The notes: generated by a model not told the origin, from the letters alone. Positions 1 through 12,258 are shown, counted from the first letter of the stretch. The stretch: DNA of 64,000 nucleotides from Zygnema circumcarinatum SAG 698-1b (GCA_037447605.1 CM074821.1:1674001-1738000), one strand, 5' to 3'. Translations and numbers: made by a program.

Positions 1-40
1 CCGTACAGGAAATGACGGTACAGTACCACACAAGATTATC

Positions 41-166
41 CACCACGTGGCGGGTCGTTCTTGGCTGAGAGCCTGTGCCAGCGTGGAATAAATATCGCGT
101 CAGCCACCACGTGGCAACTACGTGCGCCTAATCGACGGCTGCGATGGCTTTGAACTGCCACGTGGC
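41..166. promoter_or_regulatory. Three G-box (CCACGTGG) elements upstream of the GlyRS gene
   Basis: CCACGTGG at about 43, 107 and 157, followed by a (GA)n tract (271-338) just before the ATG at 381. Confidence 0.5.
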
Positions 167-263
167 ATGAAATCTGCAGCTCCTCGGTCGGTACGGCTGA
201 ACCCTCCGTACTTTTCGCTGTTTCCGCCTGAACCCGAGAGAGAGAGAGGGAGAAAGAGGGGGG

Positions 264-342
<79 letters not shown>

Positions 343-380
343 ACCCTAATCCCAGCGAGGCGAGCTCGGCCCTTGCAGCC

Positions 381-3300
381 ATGGCGGCGGTGGAGGAGCA
401 GCAGCTGCTTGCGCTGCAGGCGGCGCTGGAAGCGAAGCAGGAGGCCGTGACCACGCAGGGCGACACGGTCCGCGCGCTGAAGGGTGCCAAGGCGGAGAAG
501 GAGGCGGTGGACGCCGCCATTGCCAAGCTGAAGGAGCTCAAGATCGAGCTGGAGGGCGCGGCCAAGGAGTACGGCGCGAGGGCGGGCGGGCGGGGCTCGG
601 CCGTGCACAGAGAGGCTTTCAGGCAGGCGGTCAACAACGCGCTGCTGCAGCGCTTCTTCTTCATACCGTCCTTTGATATCTATGGCGGGGTGGCGGGGCT
701 CTACGACTACGGCCCGCCGGGCTGCGCCGTGAAGTCCAACATTCTGCAATTCTGGCGACAGGTGAGAGGAGGGGGGAGGGGGTGATGCGATGCTTTTAGG
801 GTTTTTTCTTAATGTGTTGGCAGGCGAAGGAAAAAATGCAGGCGTCAGAGGTCGCCCGCCGCCCCCCCTCCCTTTCTTGTGACAACTGTCAAAGAACTTG
901 AGGCAGTTTTAATTATTCTCCAACTAGATGATGAAACATGTGTCGAGATAAAATAGTCTTTGCTCTTGGCTGAACAGAGGGAAAAAGTCTCGTTCAACTA
1001 TACATTTTGATGTTTTTCGATTGGGGTAATGGTCTAGACCCCCACTTCACATGTAATTCGTAGTACTTACATCCAAGGCTTATCCATTACTACCTCTACC
1101 ACTGTAGAAACGGGTTTGCGAAAGCTTCTTGCAGCTTCTTGACGACTTGCAGCTTTCCGCTGTCTCTTCCTTTAAGCCGAACAAGGCAGTTTGGGTATGA
1201 GAAGTTTGGTTTTTTCCAGTTTTGAAAATTCTCCCATAAAAGCCTTCTTGCAATTCTGCATGTGTATAGCTCCTCTATCTGCAGCGCTTAGATAGAAGAA
1301 CGTACGAGCCTCCGAGCGTATGTCAGGCGTTGATGTTAAATTCTTTTGTTGAGTTGCTGTTTCTAACGTTGTCTCTTCTTACGTCGTGTCCTTTGTATTT
1401 TCAGCATTATGTGTTGGAGGAAAATATGTTGGAAATTGACTGCCCTTGCGTTACTCCGGAGGTGGTTTTGAGAGCTTCAGGGCATGTGGAGAAGTTCACC
1501 GATCTGATGGTGAAGGATGAGAAGACTGGAACCTGCTACAGGTAAAGCTCTGCATTCAATAATGGTACGGTATTTTAATAACCGCGGTTTTGTACTCGTC
1601 GTATGATTGTCACAAGCAAAGCTCATCACACATCTCTCTCAAAGCCCAAACGCTCCTAAGGCTGAGCAGCATTGAAGTTGAACTGACAGCTTCATGTCCC
1701 TCTCCCCCTTCCACCTCATCCTCACCCTCCGCCTCCCCCTCNNNNNNNNNNCCCTCTTCCTTTGAATGCGAATAACCCTGCTAGTTGGGGCGCAGAGCGG
1801 ACCATCTTATGAAGGATCATTTGAACGAGCTGTTGGAGCAGGAGCCCCTCATGCCCGCCGCCAAGAAGGAGGACATAAAGCATCTGCTCGCCACAGTGGA
1901 TGAACTGAATGTGGAGGAGTTGGGAGGCAGACTTCGTGAATTCGGCATCAAAGCGCCGGACACGAAAAATGAACTTTCAGATCCTTATCCTTTCAACCTC
2001 ATGTTTTCCACATTGATTGGACCCACAGGGCTTATTCAAGGGTGAGGCTCAAAAGATATGTTTGTAAACAGTATTGAGTCTTAAAGCAATTGGGCAGTTC
2101 TTAAAAAAGGAAAAAAGGAAAAAAAAAAGTAAACTGAAATGGGATTTGAGTTTCACCCGCAAGCCAGAATCAGACCTGTTTCAAACGTTTTAATCGTCAA
2201 TTTTCTCAGATGAAGCTGGAGAAATCTAACCTCCTTTTGATCCTTATGCAGGTTTCTCCGCCCAGAAACAGCGCAGGGCATTTTTGTGAACTTCCGGCAG
2301 CTTTTGTACTACAACGGCGGAAAGCTGCCTTTTGCAGCCGCGCAGATTGGTCAGGCCTTCAGAAATGAGGTACATTAGCCAAATTTTAGCCAAGAGAACT
2401 GCACAATTCACCGCCTATCCTTTCGCACATTGCCCTCTCGCCCTTGTTTTCGCTGCTCGCTTTCAAAAAATAACCCCATCCTTAAGATTCATGCATATAC
2501 ATCAAACTTTTTTTGTTTCTCGGGTTTTTTCCTTTTTTTTTCCACTTGCAGATTGCACCTCGTGCAGGTTTGCTGCGAGTGCGGGAGTTCACTCTCGCAG
2601 AGATCGAACACTTTGTTAATCCGGACGATAAAAGCCATCCCAAGTTTAAGTCTATTGCCGATCTGCAGTTTCTTTTCTATCCGAGGGCAGAGCAGCTCGG
2701 ACCCAAAAAGGCGGTCAAGCTCAGGCTGGGCACAGCAGTGGAGGAGGTGCCCCTCCCCCTCCCCCTCCCCCTCTTCCTCCCTCTCCCTCTCCCCTCCCCC
2801 TCCCCCTCCCNNNNNNNNNNCCCTAGGCTATCTTATGTGTATTCATCATTCTTCGCTCTTTCATGTTGACCTAATGAAGCTTGCCGTTCAGACGGAATTT
2901 CAACGGAAGAACGATGTAAGCCATAATATCTGGTTCTGTCTTTGTTTTGAATTGCAGGGTATAGTGAATAACGAGACGTTGGGATACTTCATTGGTCGAA
3001 CATTCTTGTTTCTGACTAAGCTCGGAATCGACCCTGAGCGGCTGCGATTCCGGCAGCATCTCGAACACGAGATGGCTCACTATGCGGCGGATTGTTGGGA
3101 TGCGGAAATTGAATGTTCGTACGGATGGATAGAGTGTGTGGGACTCGCAGACCGCTCAGCATATGATCTTAAAGCTCATTCGGTAGATACCCCTTTTCTC
3201 CCTCTCTTTTTATCGTTTTGTATTGTTTTTCGTTTCCGAATGAAGTGGTATTGTTATTAAAGTACGTTATCAATCGAATCGACTAATTCAACGAATCATC

Positions 3301-5098
3301 AAATAAGTTCAAACGAACTGTTTACAGTTGTATCGTGATCGACCTTGTTATGCGTGTTGACAAATTGGGGTGGGGATCCTTTTTTTCTGCTTTAAAAGAA
3401 GTGATGTTCAGCTGAACGGCAATGCCTGCACATGATGAGAAGCCACAATGCAGCTCATGGAAGAGAGTGAATTTGGGGAGGGGGGAGCAGGAGAAGAGCA
3501 ACTTTGCTCTTGTGGCTTATGAGAAGTTTCCAGAACCCAGAGATGAAGAGGTACATGTTAAACCCGAAACACTTTAAATGGCTGAAGAAATGAGTTTCTT
3601 CTCTTTAGGTTATGGGCCATGCAAGGTGAAAATAAAGACACGAATTCGGGGCAGTGGAGAGTTAGAAAAAAATGCTATTAAGTAAAGTAAAAGTGATTAT
3701 TTGTTAATGATGAAATTTGGCTATCAGAAAGTTTAAGTGCTGACTTCAAAGGATGTGGTGCAGGTTTTGAAAATCAGCCCCAATAGGAAGGAGCTTGGCA
3801 AGACTTTCAAGAAGGAACAGAAGCTCATTGCCGAGTCTCTTGAGGTGGGGATGGGAACATTTTTCTCGGGCTCAGAAAATGGAGGGGTTTTATATGGAGG
3901 CTTGTGAAATTTAGTTTATTTATATTTCATAGTCTGAATGCATGCTGATATGAAGGCAGTGAATTTGGTGTTTTTGTTCAGGCCATGGAAGAGAAGGAAG
4001 CCTTTGAACTGAAGGCTAAGTTAGAGGCGGAAGGGAGCGCTCCGTACACTCCCTGCAACAGCACGCAGGAGTTCATTCTCACAAAGAACATGGTCTCCAT
4101 CTCAAAAGAAACTGTTCGCCTTGCGGTAGGTTTCAGTTCTCCCATGTTTCCTGGACTCTTTCATCTCTGACAGTCACGGTACTGCACCTAAATATTTGTA
4201 TTTAGTCTCAGCCCCACCAGATAAGAGATAACTTACACATGCTTATTCACTTCCTTGAGCTTNNNNNNNNNNGCTTCCCCCCCCCCCCCCCCTCTCTCGA
4301 ACTTGCTGGTAAGTTTTGTTTTCACTATTTCTTGCAGGGCCGGAACTTCACTCCCTCTGTAGTGGAGCCCTCCTTTGGAATTGGACGCATCATCTACTGT
4401 TTGTACGAGCACTCCTTTTATGTCCGAGGGGGCGGCGACGAACAGAAGGCAGTGTTCCGGTTCACTCCCTTAGTCGCACCCATAAAGTGTACGGTCTTCC
4501 CTCTCGTCTCGGACGACCGCCTAGACGAAGTTGCGCAGGAAATTTCCCGCAGCCTTACGCGCACAGGCCTGGCGAACAGGATCGACACTACGGGCACAAC
4601 GATCGGAAAGCGCTATGCGCGCACGGATGAGCTGGGGGTGCCCTACGCCGTTACAGTGGACTTTCCGGTGGGTGGGGGGTCTAGAAACCATGAATTGAGG
4701 TGGAAACCATGAATTGGGGTGAAACCATGAATTGGGGTGAAACCATGAATTGTGGTGGAAACCATGAATTGGGGTGGAAACCATGAATTGCACTTCACTT
4801 TTCCCCTGTGACTATTTCGTATCGTCATCTAAGCCTTCCGAGACTTGAAACGTCTTGGAAAACTTTGATCCTTAGACAGACATTGAAGGTTCTTTGCGGA
4901 GGGTTGCAGACTTTGGAGAACGGAACGGTCACATTGAGAGAGCGTGATTCGACTGCTCAGATTCGATTACCAAAGGGCGATGTTGCAAGCGTAGTGCATA
5001 GCCTGTCGGACGGCGTCTTAACATGGGAAGGCGTGAAGGAGAAATATCCTGCGGAAGGTGGTCACAAGCAGGAGGGGAGCTCAGTTAAGGGCTGCTGA
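381..5098 (+). CDS. GlyRS: Glycyl-tRNA synthetase, eukaryote-type class IIa, with N-terminal WHEP domain; 11 exons
   Basis: Exons 381-761, 1405-1541, 1796-2041, 2252-2369, 2552-2746, 2958-3182, 3491-3550, 3764-3844, 3982-4125, 4338-4667, 4910-5098, all GT-AG and in phase. Motifs [75 protein letters not shown]. Confidence 0.97.
4684..4790. repeat. 18-19 bp tandem repeat (GAAACCATGAATTGGGGTG) x6 in GlyRS intron 10
   Basis: Six consecutive copies with an invariant GAAACCATGAATTG core. Confidence 0.9.
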
Positions 5099-5845
5099 CA
5101 TTGTGGGGTGGGGGAAAATGCCGCCTCTGAGGATTCCTCTCGATAAAGTGAGCTTCCCAGACAGTGCTTTTTAGACACCTTTTTTGACGAGGGGAGGGGG
5201 TGGGACGAGGGAGAGGAAAGAGGGGAGGGGACTCATCGAGCTTAATAGTTGGAGTTCGGGCAGTTTTGCTCTTATTAGTGATCTTAGTTTGTATTTCTTT
5301 CTTTTAAAAAAAAAGCTTTTTTTAGTTGGTGATTGCTCAGGAAAATCTCCTGAGGGACTGCGGAAACAAGACACATGCAGATTGAGATATGGTTTTCCTC
5401 CTCCCCCTGTCCCCTCCCTCTTCCCCTCCCTCTTCCATTCAAAAGTTGAATTTTAGATGGAGACCCTTTAGGTCATCATCAGTAGCGGTGGCTTTCACTA
5501 TGCAACCATTGCAAAATGTGGAAATGAGCAGAGCAAACTCCTTGGCTATTTTCTTCCTTAGCGATGTGGCGATGTATCGCTAGCGATGAGTACAGGATGT
5601 ACAGTACATGTATTTTGACTGTAGTGTTAATCGCAGTGAAGCTCCTGGAAGAAAAATGCAATGACTCGATCGCCTTGGAAAGCACTTACACAAATCGCTT
5701 TCATAAAAAAGAAAGAAAAAAAAAAAGGTACTTCTGCAATGAATAAACCGCAAGTTACAGTTACAAAAAACCCTGATACCCAACAGCCCTACAACCCTGC
5801 AAAATTTGCCACCTGCAATGCAGCCCCTGTGCGGAGAATGAGGAG

Positions 5846-6905
5846 CTAGAGAGAGGCGGTGAGGCCTTGCAGGAGGTCCTCCTGGTCGGCTTCGCTGTCC
5901 CCCAGAGCCCCCTCCGCCAGCCCCGACCCGGTCCACCTCGCGAGAGTGGGCACGCAGCGGAGGGCGAAGGGAGGGGCCCGGAAGGGGTTGGAGGGGGACC
6001 GCCATGAGGAGCGGTCGCCCACGTACACGCGCACCAAAATGGTGGGCTTCTGCAGGGCCGCGAAATGCTCCATGATGATTGGGTCCGCTCTTCTGCAATC
6101 TGAACAGCAAAGAGCAGAAAGCGTGTCAGAATGGTTTCCAAGTGAAGAAAAGCACTGAAGGTCGTTTCAATGTGTCGCGGGGCAATGCAGTAGAGGACGA
6201 AATGAAGGGAAGACTGAAAGTTTGCAGTTCTGAGCTAAGGGACCTGCAACCTCGTCATATCTGACATCAGGATACGGGCAGGCTTGGTCACTTCCGCATT
6301 GACATGCACAAGTGGGCACAGGCTAATCAAGTCAACATGAGCACGTTTCCGCATACAATCCAAGCGTGAAACCCAAATTTTGCAATGAGGGACTCGGGCG
6401 GACTTCTGTAGCACACATTTCAATCACTCGTTCCGTTCATTCGCTCACTGACTGACTAACAGACTACTAACTCTTCCTGTCAAAAAAGTCCTCAGAGCAT
6501 ACAATAGTATGCAAGCTTTATAGCCTTACTACAGCGAACCCTAAACCACCGTTAGCATCCCTAAATGCCTTGAAACCCTAAAATTCTGCTCAAGTCCGAA
6601 AAACCTGCAAGAAGAAATAGTCTGAGAACCTTCGATTCATTCCCAACCTCCTAATCCCTACCAGGGCACCAGCTGCTGCCCGCCCCTTGCAGGTCGTCTC
6701 CCAGAAAGAGGAGGAAGACAGGGCTCCCCCCCAGACTTTGGAGCTCCTTCAACAACGTCTCCGCAGAGTGTGCCACGTGGCGCACCTGCAGGCCGCCCCC
6801 TGCCCCTTCCGCCATGGCCTGCGAGCTGCGTGCCACGTGGCAGCCCAGCAGGGATCCCGCCAGCAGAAGCAATAGCAGCGGAAAGAGAAGCGCCCAGCGG
6901 CGCAT
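5846..6905 (-). CDS. TXNDC17: Thioredoxin-like protein of the TRP14/TXNDC17 (Clot, DUF953) family with an N-terminal signal-peptide-like extension; 2 exons
   Basis: Exons 6905-6662 and 6099-5846. The splice creates the WCPDC active site (tgg tgc cct g|at tgc). Downstream sequence YVGDRSSWRSPSNPFR...VPTLARW is typical of the family. Confidence 0.9.
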
Positions 6906-8279
6906 GCCGTGGTTCCGTGTGGAACGGGAACTGGAACTGCAACAGGAAGCGGCGTTCTATGCATTCCTTCTGGGTAGTTGTTCCAACCATTGGCATTTTC
7001 AATGGTTGGAAACCATCCCAAATTTGTGGCCATGGCATTCATGGGACTCTCATGAGACTCGGGACATGGCACGTGTGAGAACCACAAAGATGAAATGAAG
7101 GGTGGCGTTAATCTCACGATTTTGAATCGTCATCAAATGTACGACATGGAGCAGAACAATGTAAACCAACATGGAACGGTCACGAAATGGCGAGCAGGCT
7201 ACGAGCAGACCCCTGCTGCTAGGGGCCCAACAAAAACATGGGTCCTAAAGCATGAAAGCAGCCATAAGCGTTGAAGACCAATGTGCTTGGCGTGAGGACT
7301 GCCCTCGAAGGGTTGATGGGCGCAATGGCGAAGGAAGGCAACCAATCGGACGTCTCAACAACATTGCCGGTTCTGTAGTGCGCTGAAGTGGCACCAATTT
7401 GGCACGAGTCGCATGTTTTTGTTCAACAACACCGCAAGTCCGTCCGTGGATCGCGTGCGAGTCGTGTCAACAACGACCCACTTTGAAGGTGACCCAATTC
7501 GTGGCTCTTCATTGCTGCAAAAAAATGTGTTTTGCAGGGCACATGGTATTATTTTCTATTTTATTTTCATTTAATTTTATTCTATTCTTTAATTTTTTTT
7601 TTCCCAAAGAGGTTCCCCCTCCCGGTCCTGCAACCTCAGACCGGTTCTTCCGCACCCGCTACACGACAAAATAGTTAGGGCCACGTGACAGATGGCAGCT
7701 ATGCACCGTACGCGTCCGTACACGTTAAAGCCACATACCTACGCGCTAGCCGTTTGCTCCTAGCGAATGATTGGAAAAGTGCGGTGTGCCGTTAGGGTGA
7801 AGAAAGAAAAAGATTTTCTATACGGAACAGATCGTACGTTGGTGCCGTTAACGTTACATGGCCACGTGGCAGGGCTGGCGATGACGTGGGTCAGTCAAAG
7901 CTCGCCACGTAAGGACTACGTCTGAGTTGGGCTGTGATTGCAGTGCACTACAATCTCTCAACTCCCTCCCCCACACACTCCCTCCCCCACTCCCTCCCTC
8001 CCTCCCTCCCTCCCTCCCTCCCTTCCTCCCTCACTTCCCCCCTCCCTTCCCCCTCTCCCCCCCTCTCTCTCCCTCCCTTCCTCCCTCACTCCCTCCCGTA
8101 TTCCCTCCCTCCCCCACTCCCGCCCTCCCTCCCTCCCCCAACTTCCTCTCTCCCTCCCTCCCTCCCTCCTCCCTCCAACCCCCCACCACCACTACCGAAA
8201 TGCGTCCTCTGAATCCCATTCCAGACCCTCCAACTGAGCCCTGACCTCCCTCGCCCCCCGCCCTGAACCCCTCCATCCA

Positions 8280-8538
8280 TGCCTGCCGCCCGCCGGCCGC
8301 GATGGCTCCCCATGCGGATGGCGCTGGTGGTGGTTATCGCCCTCGGGGGATGGTTGGTCCACGTGGCACTGCCCCTCCACCGTCCACGTGGTGAAATGTT
8401 GCACTCCCGTCCAGCGGAGAGAGAAGCAGCCCTGACCAAACCCCTCAGTGCGCGTCCTGCATCTCCTCCTCCTCCCACTCTCTCTCCCTCTCCCTCTCCC
8501 ACTCCCTCTCCCTCTCCCCCTCCCTCTCCCTCTCCCTC

Positions 8539-8570
<32 letters not shown>

Positions 8571-10650
8571 CTCCTCCCCCTCCCTCCCCCCCTCCTCACT
8601 TTGCCACTGCTCCCCCTCCCTCCCCTCCTCCCTCTCTCTCTCTCTCTTCCCTCAGCCCTCCATGGCGGACTGGACTTGGGGAGGATTTCTTCGATCCGGA
8701 CCAGAAGTACTTGTTCTATGAGAGAAATTCGCGTGATTTTTTCGCGGGAGTGAGTCACCGGCGGTGGAGCTACACGTGCATGGCGGGGGAGGCCCTGCTG
8801 CTTCGGCGAATCTTCGTGCTCGACCTGGAGGTGGGCGTCGTGTTCGTGCACAACGACGGCAATGATTCCATCACTCCCTTCGCGCTCTACTTCGACTTGG
8901 AGAGAACGCGCAAGTGGGTTGCTTTGTCTGACAGTGGGCTAAGCTGCCTGCCAGAACAGGATCGTGGGTTGGTAATGGGGCAAAGTTGATGAGGTTCTTC
9001 TGGAATTAAAGTAAGAGTGGGGACTATGGGTATGTACTGAGGCAACTCAGGTGATGAATAAACTAAAATGGAAGGGAAGTTGAGGTGGGGGGAGGGGAGT
9101 GGGATAAGAGAGATGAAGATGAGTATGACTGTGAGTCAGCGGCTGCTTGAGCTGCAACTCTTCCCCACATATACCCTTCCGCTTTCTTAGTCGAGGTTTG
9201 GCGGAACTGTTTGGCACACGTTCTATGCAGAACCCTCCCAATAATTGACATGAAAGTGTTTCTAGACGGATGGGCGAAATGGGCGGCCCTTCGGCCGGAA
9301 AATAACTTCTCTGTTTTGGAAGCTCCGATCACAAATGGGCCGCCTTTTGAAGAGATTCAGAAAAGTAATGCCCCCATTGTTTACCGCTCCTATGGAGAGA
9401 GCGACTACGCATTTGACGTCTGCCTGCAGAACCCGGTGAGGCGGAAAGGCGTGCGTTAAAGTCGCAGTCTTTCTACAAATTCACTCATGTTTGCATGTTT
9501 TTGAGTTTCTCAACATTAGCCCGTTAACGAGACCTTTTTTTCATTTGGAGTATTGTTAATCATCAAGAGCGTCTAGAAAGGGGGAGGGAGGGAGGGAGGG
9601 AGTGTGAAGACGAGGGAGTGAGACTCGAAGGGAAGGGATGGGGGAAGAGAAGTGAGTGACAGAAGGTAGAGGAGGGGAGAGAGAGGAAGAGGTAGGAAGG
9701 AACGTGCTCATTTGCATGTTATTCTTTTCTTTCCTTTGCAGAACATTGATCGTCCGTATGGAGCTTTCCTTTTTGCGCCATCCCTTCTAAGGATTGTGTT
9801 CAGTATTCTTGGAGATATGAAATATTACTTTGTGGCTCTGCATGTTCGGAGAGGCGATAAAGTAAATTATCCAGATATGTGGCCCCATCTTGATGAAGAT
9901 ACCAGTCCTCCTCAGTGAGTGCTAAAACTCCTCCTTCTCCTCCTCCTTCTCCTCTCCTCCTCTCCTTCTCCTCCTCCTCCAAACTTAAACTTGTGACTTG
10001 TAACATGAAAAACCTCAGAATGTCAACTGTACAATATGACTTAATGACCTTATAAAACACAAATTTCTAAGTCATGGAGTAGTCGCTGACCCATGGCACT
10101 ATCTGTATGGCGTACAGTCTGTTAGAAGTTTTGCATAAGAAAAAGATCGCTAACGGGAGCACAATTTACATCGCCACAAACGAGAAGCAGCCCGGTTTTT
10201 TTGCTCCACTTTCCGCTCATTATAAGATCAGACAATTGAGCGATTATTCGCACTTGTGGGAGAAGGGGAGCGAGTGGTGGAATGAAGCAAAGGCAATTGT
10301 TGGCGAGGAGAAGGAGCCGAAATTTGATGGAATGATGGCGGTAAGAACCTTCAAACAGGTCTCTCTCACAAACTGAGGGAGAGAGGGAGAGAGAGAGAGA
10401 GGGGGAGAGAGAGAAGAGAGATAGGAGAGAGAGAGAGAGGTAAGAACCTTCAAAATCTGCTCTTTAAGAAATTTTAGGGTTCAATCTCTTTGATGTATCC
10501 CTCAAATATCTTTTCTTAATTCATGTTTTTTATTGATGCTTGCAGGGGATTGTTGATTACACTATTTGTGAATACGGAAAATGGAAGATCGAAACGTTCA
10601 ATGACTTGACCGATGATCCGAAGGGAGGTGTCCTCGTTTCCAAAGAGTAG
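8280..10650 (+). CDS. SUB1-like (Arabidopsis At4g08810/At2g04280 type) O-fucosyltransferase-fold type II membrane protein; 5 exons
   Basis: Exons 8280-8913, 9231-9435, 9742-9914, 10118-10340, 10546-10650. N-terminal TM segment and Pro-rich stem, then KYLFY...WSYTCMAGEALLLRRIFVLDL, ALHVRRGDK...WPHLDEDT, IYIATNE and IETFNDLT. These match SUB1-family motifs from memory; no database search was run. Confidence 0.8.
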
Positions 10651-11765
10651 CCCGAGGCCAGTCCTAATTTCGAAGAGGTGACTCTCTCTCTCTCTCTCAC
10701 TCTCTCTCTCTCTGCCCTATCTCCCCCCCTTCCCTCTCCCTCCTCCTCGCCCTCTCCCCGTTCAACAGCCATTACGGAAAGCACGCCAGCAAAACCGCCG
10801 CATCTTGCATGTCGAGTTTTCTAATCCCTTTTGACTTTGACGAGAGGATGGGTCCAAGAAGCTCTCCCGACAGATTCTCTCTCTCTCACCTCTCTCTCTT
10901 TCACTCTCATTGTCCCTCTTTCACCTTCCCTCCCCTCTCTTCCCCTCTCTCCCGCCGTCCCTCTCTCTCTTTCGCTTCCCTACCTCTCTCTCTCTTCCGT
11001 CCTCTCTCCTCCCCCCATATCTCCTGGCTTGCAGCTCTTCCCGGCAGCCTATGCAGCGTCTATCCAGTACAGTATGCAATTCAGAGCTCCTTCTACGCTT
11101 TTGCTGAGGTAATCTGAAAGGACAATTCCTTCCACTATCGCCCCAGCCTATATCTAATTTATTCGTCATCTATTTATGCCTCATCATCACTGACTTTCTC
11201 CGTTTCATTAGTTAGGCGAGGCCAAGCTCCTCTGTCACGTTTCGTAAAGCTTTTTCTGCTTATCAAATTTTAAAAATTGCCAGGAGGGTCCCACTCTCCC
11301 ACAGGCGGCATCATAGAAATGGAGATTGAGTTAGATATTCAGAGAGAGCAGGAAGAAGTCACTGTTGGGTCTGTTGCAAGAGAGGGCTTCATTAGAAATG
11401 CGCAGCGCCTTAATAATATTGTTTTTGATTAAGTGCATATTTTGCTCATAAGTGTCTTTGGTAAAAAACCAAAAACCTTTTTGGTTAATAAAAAAAAAAA
11501 AAATGGCATTCGACTGGTTTTGTACGTTCGGGCATTTTCGGAAGTCATTGAGAGAGACAAAAATGTGCTTTTCTTTTTTCACCTTCCCCGATGGTTTCTA
11601 TGGACTTGAGCCGCAGTCAGGTTAATGATCTCTTTGACCGGCGCCTCCATCACTGCTTGAAGGAAACCTAAAGCCAACTTCCTCTACAGTTGACTACATA
11701 TCAGACGCCACAAGAAAACCCTTCTAAAGTAGAGATAAGCACGCGCACACACACACACGAGAGAG

Positions 11766-12258
11766 TGGCAGAGAGGGAAAGGGGAAGGAGGAGGGGGAGA
11801 GGGAGAGGGAGAGGGAGAGAGAGAGGGAGAGGGAGAGGGAGAGGGAGAGGGAGGGAGAGGGAGAGGGAGAGGGAGAGGGAGAGGGAGAGGGAGAAGGAGA
11901 GGGAGAGGGAGAGGGAAGGGAGAGGGAGAGGGAGAGGGAAGGGAGAGGGAGAGGGAGAGGGAGGGAGGGAGAGGGAGAGGGAGAGGGAGAGGGAGAGGGA
12001 GAGGGAGGGGGAGAGGGAGAGGGAGAGGGAGGGAGAGGGAGAGGAGAGGGAGAGGGAAGAGGAGAGGGAGAGGGAGAGGGAGGGAGAGGGAGAGGGAGAG
12101 GGAGAGGGAGAGGGAGAGGGAGAGGGAGAGGGAGAGGGAGGGAGAGGGAGAGGAGAGGGAGAGGGAGAGAGGGAGAGGGAGAGGGAGAGGGAGAGGGAGA
12201 GGGAGAGGAGAGGGAGAGGGAGGAGGGGAGAGGGAGAGAGAGGGAGAGGGAGAGGGAG
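11766..12258. repeat. (GGGAGA)n hexanucleotide microsatellite
   Basis: Direct reading; about 490 bp of near-perfect hexamer repeat. Confidence 0.9.

Noticed and set aside
264-380. In-frame GTG-initiated extension of GlyRS as a possible organellar targeting peptide
   Set aside because: It encodes (RE)n from the 5' UTR GA microsatellite, which is not transit-peptide-like, and there is no upstream ATG.
3431-3745. C-box-like ATGATGA motifs in GlyRS introns 6 and 7, and similar motifs at about 11190 and 48160 on the minus strand
   Set aside because: No properly spaced D box with a terminal stem and recognisable rRNA antisense element. The nearby CTGA is better explained as a branch point.
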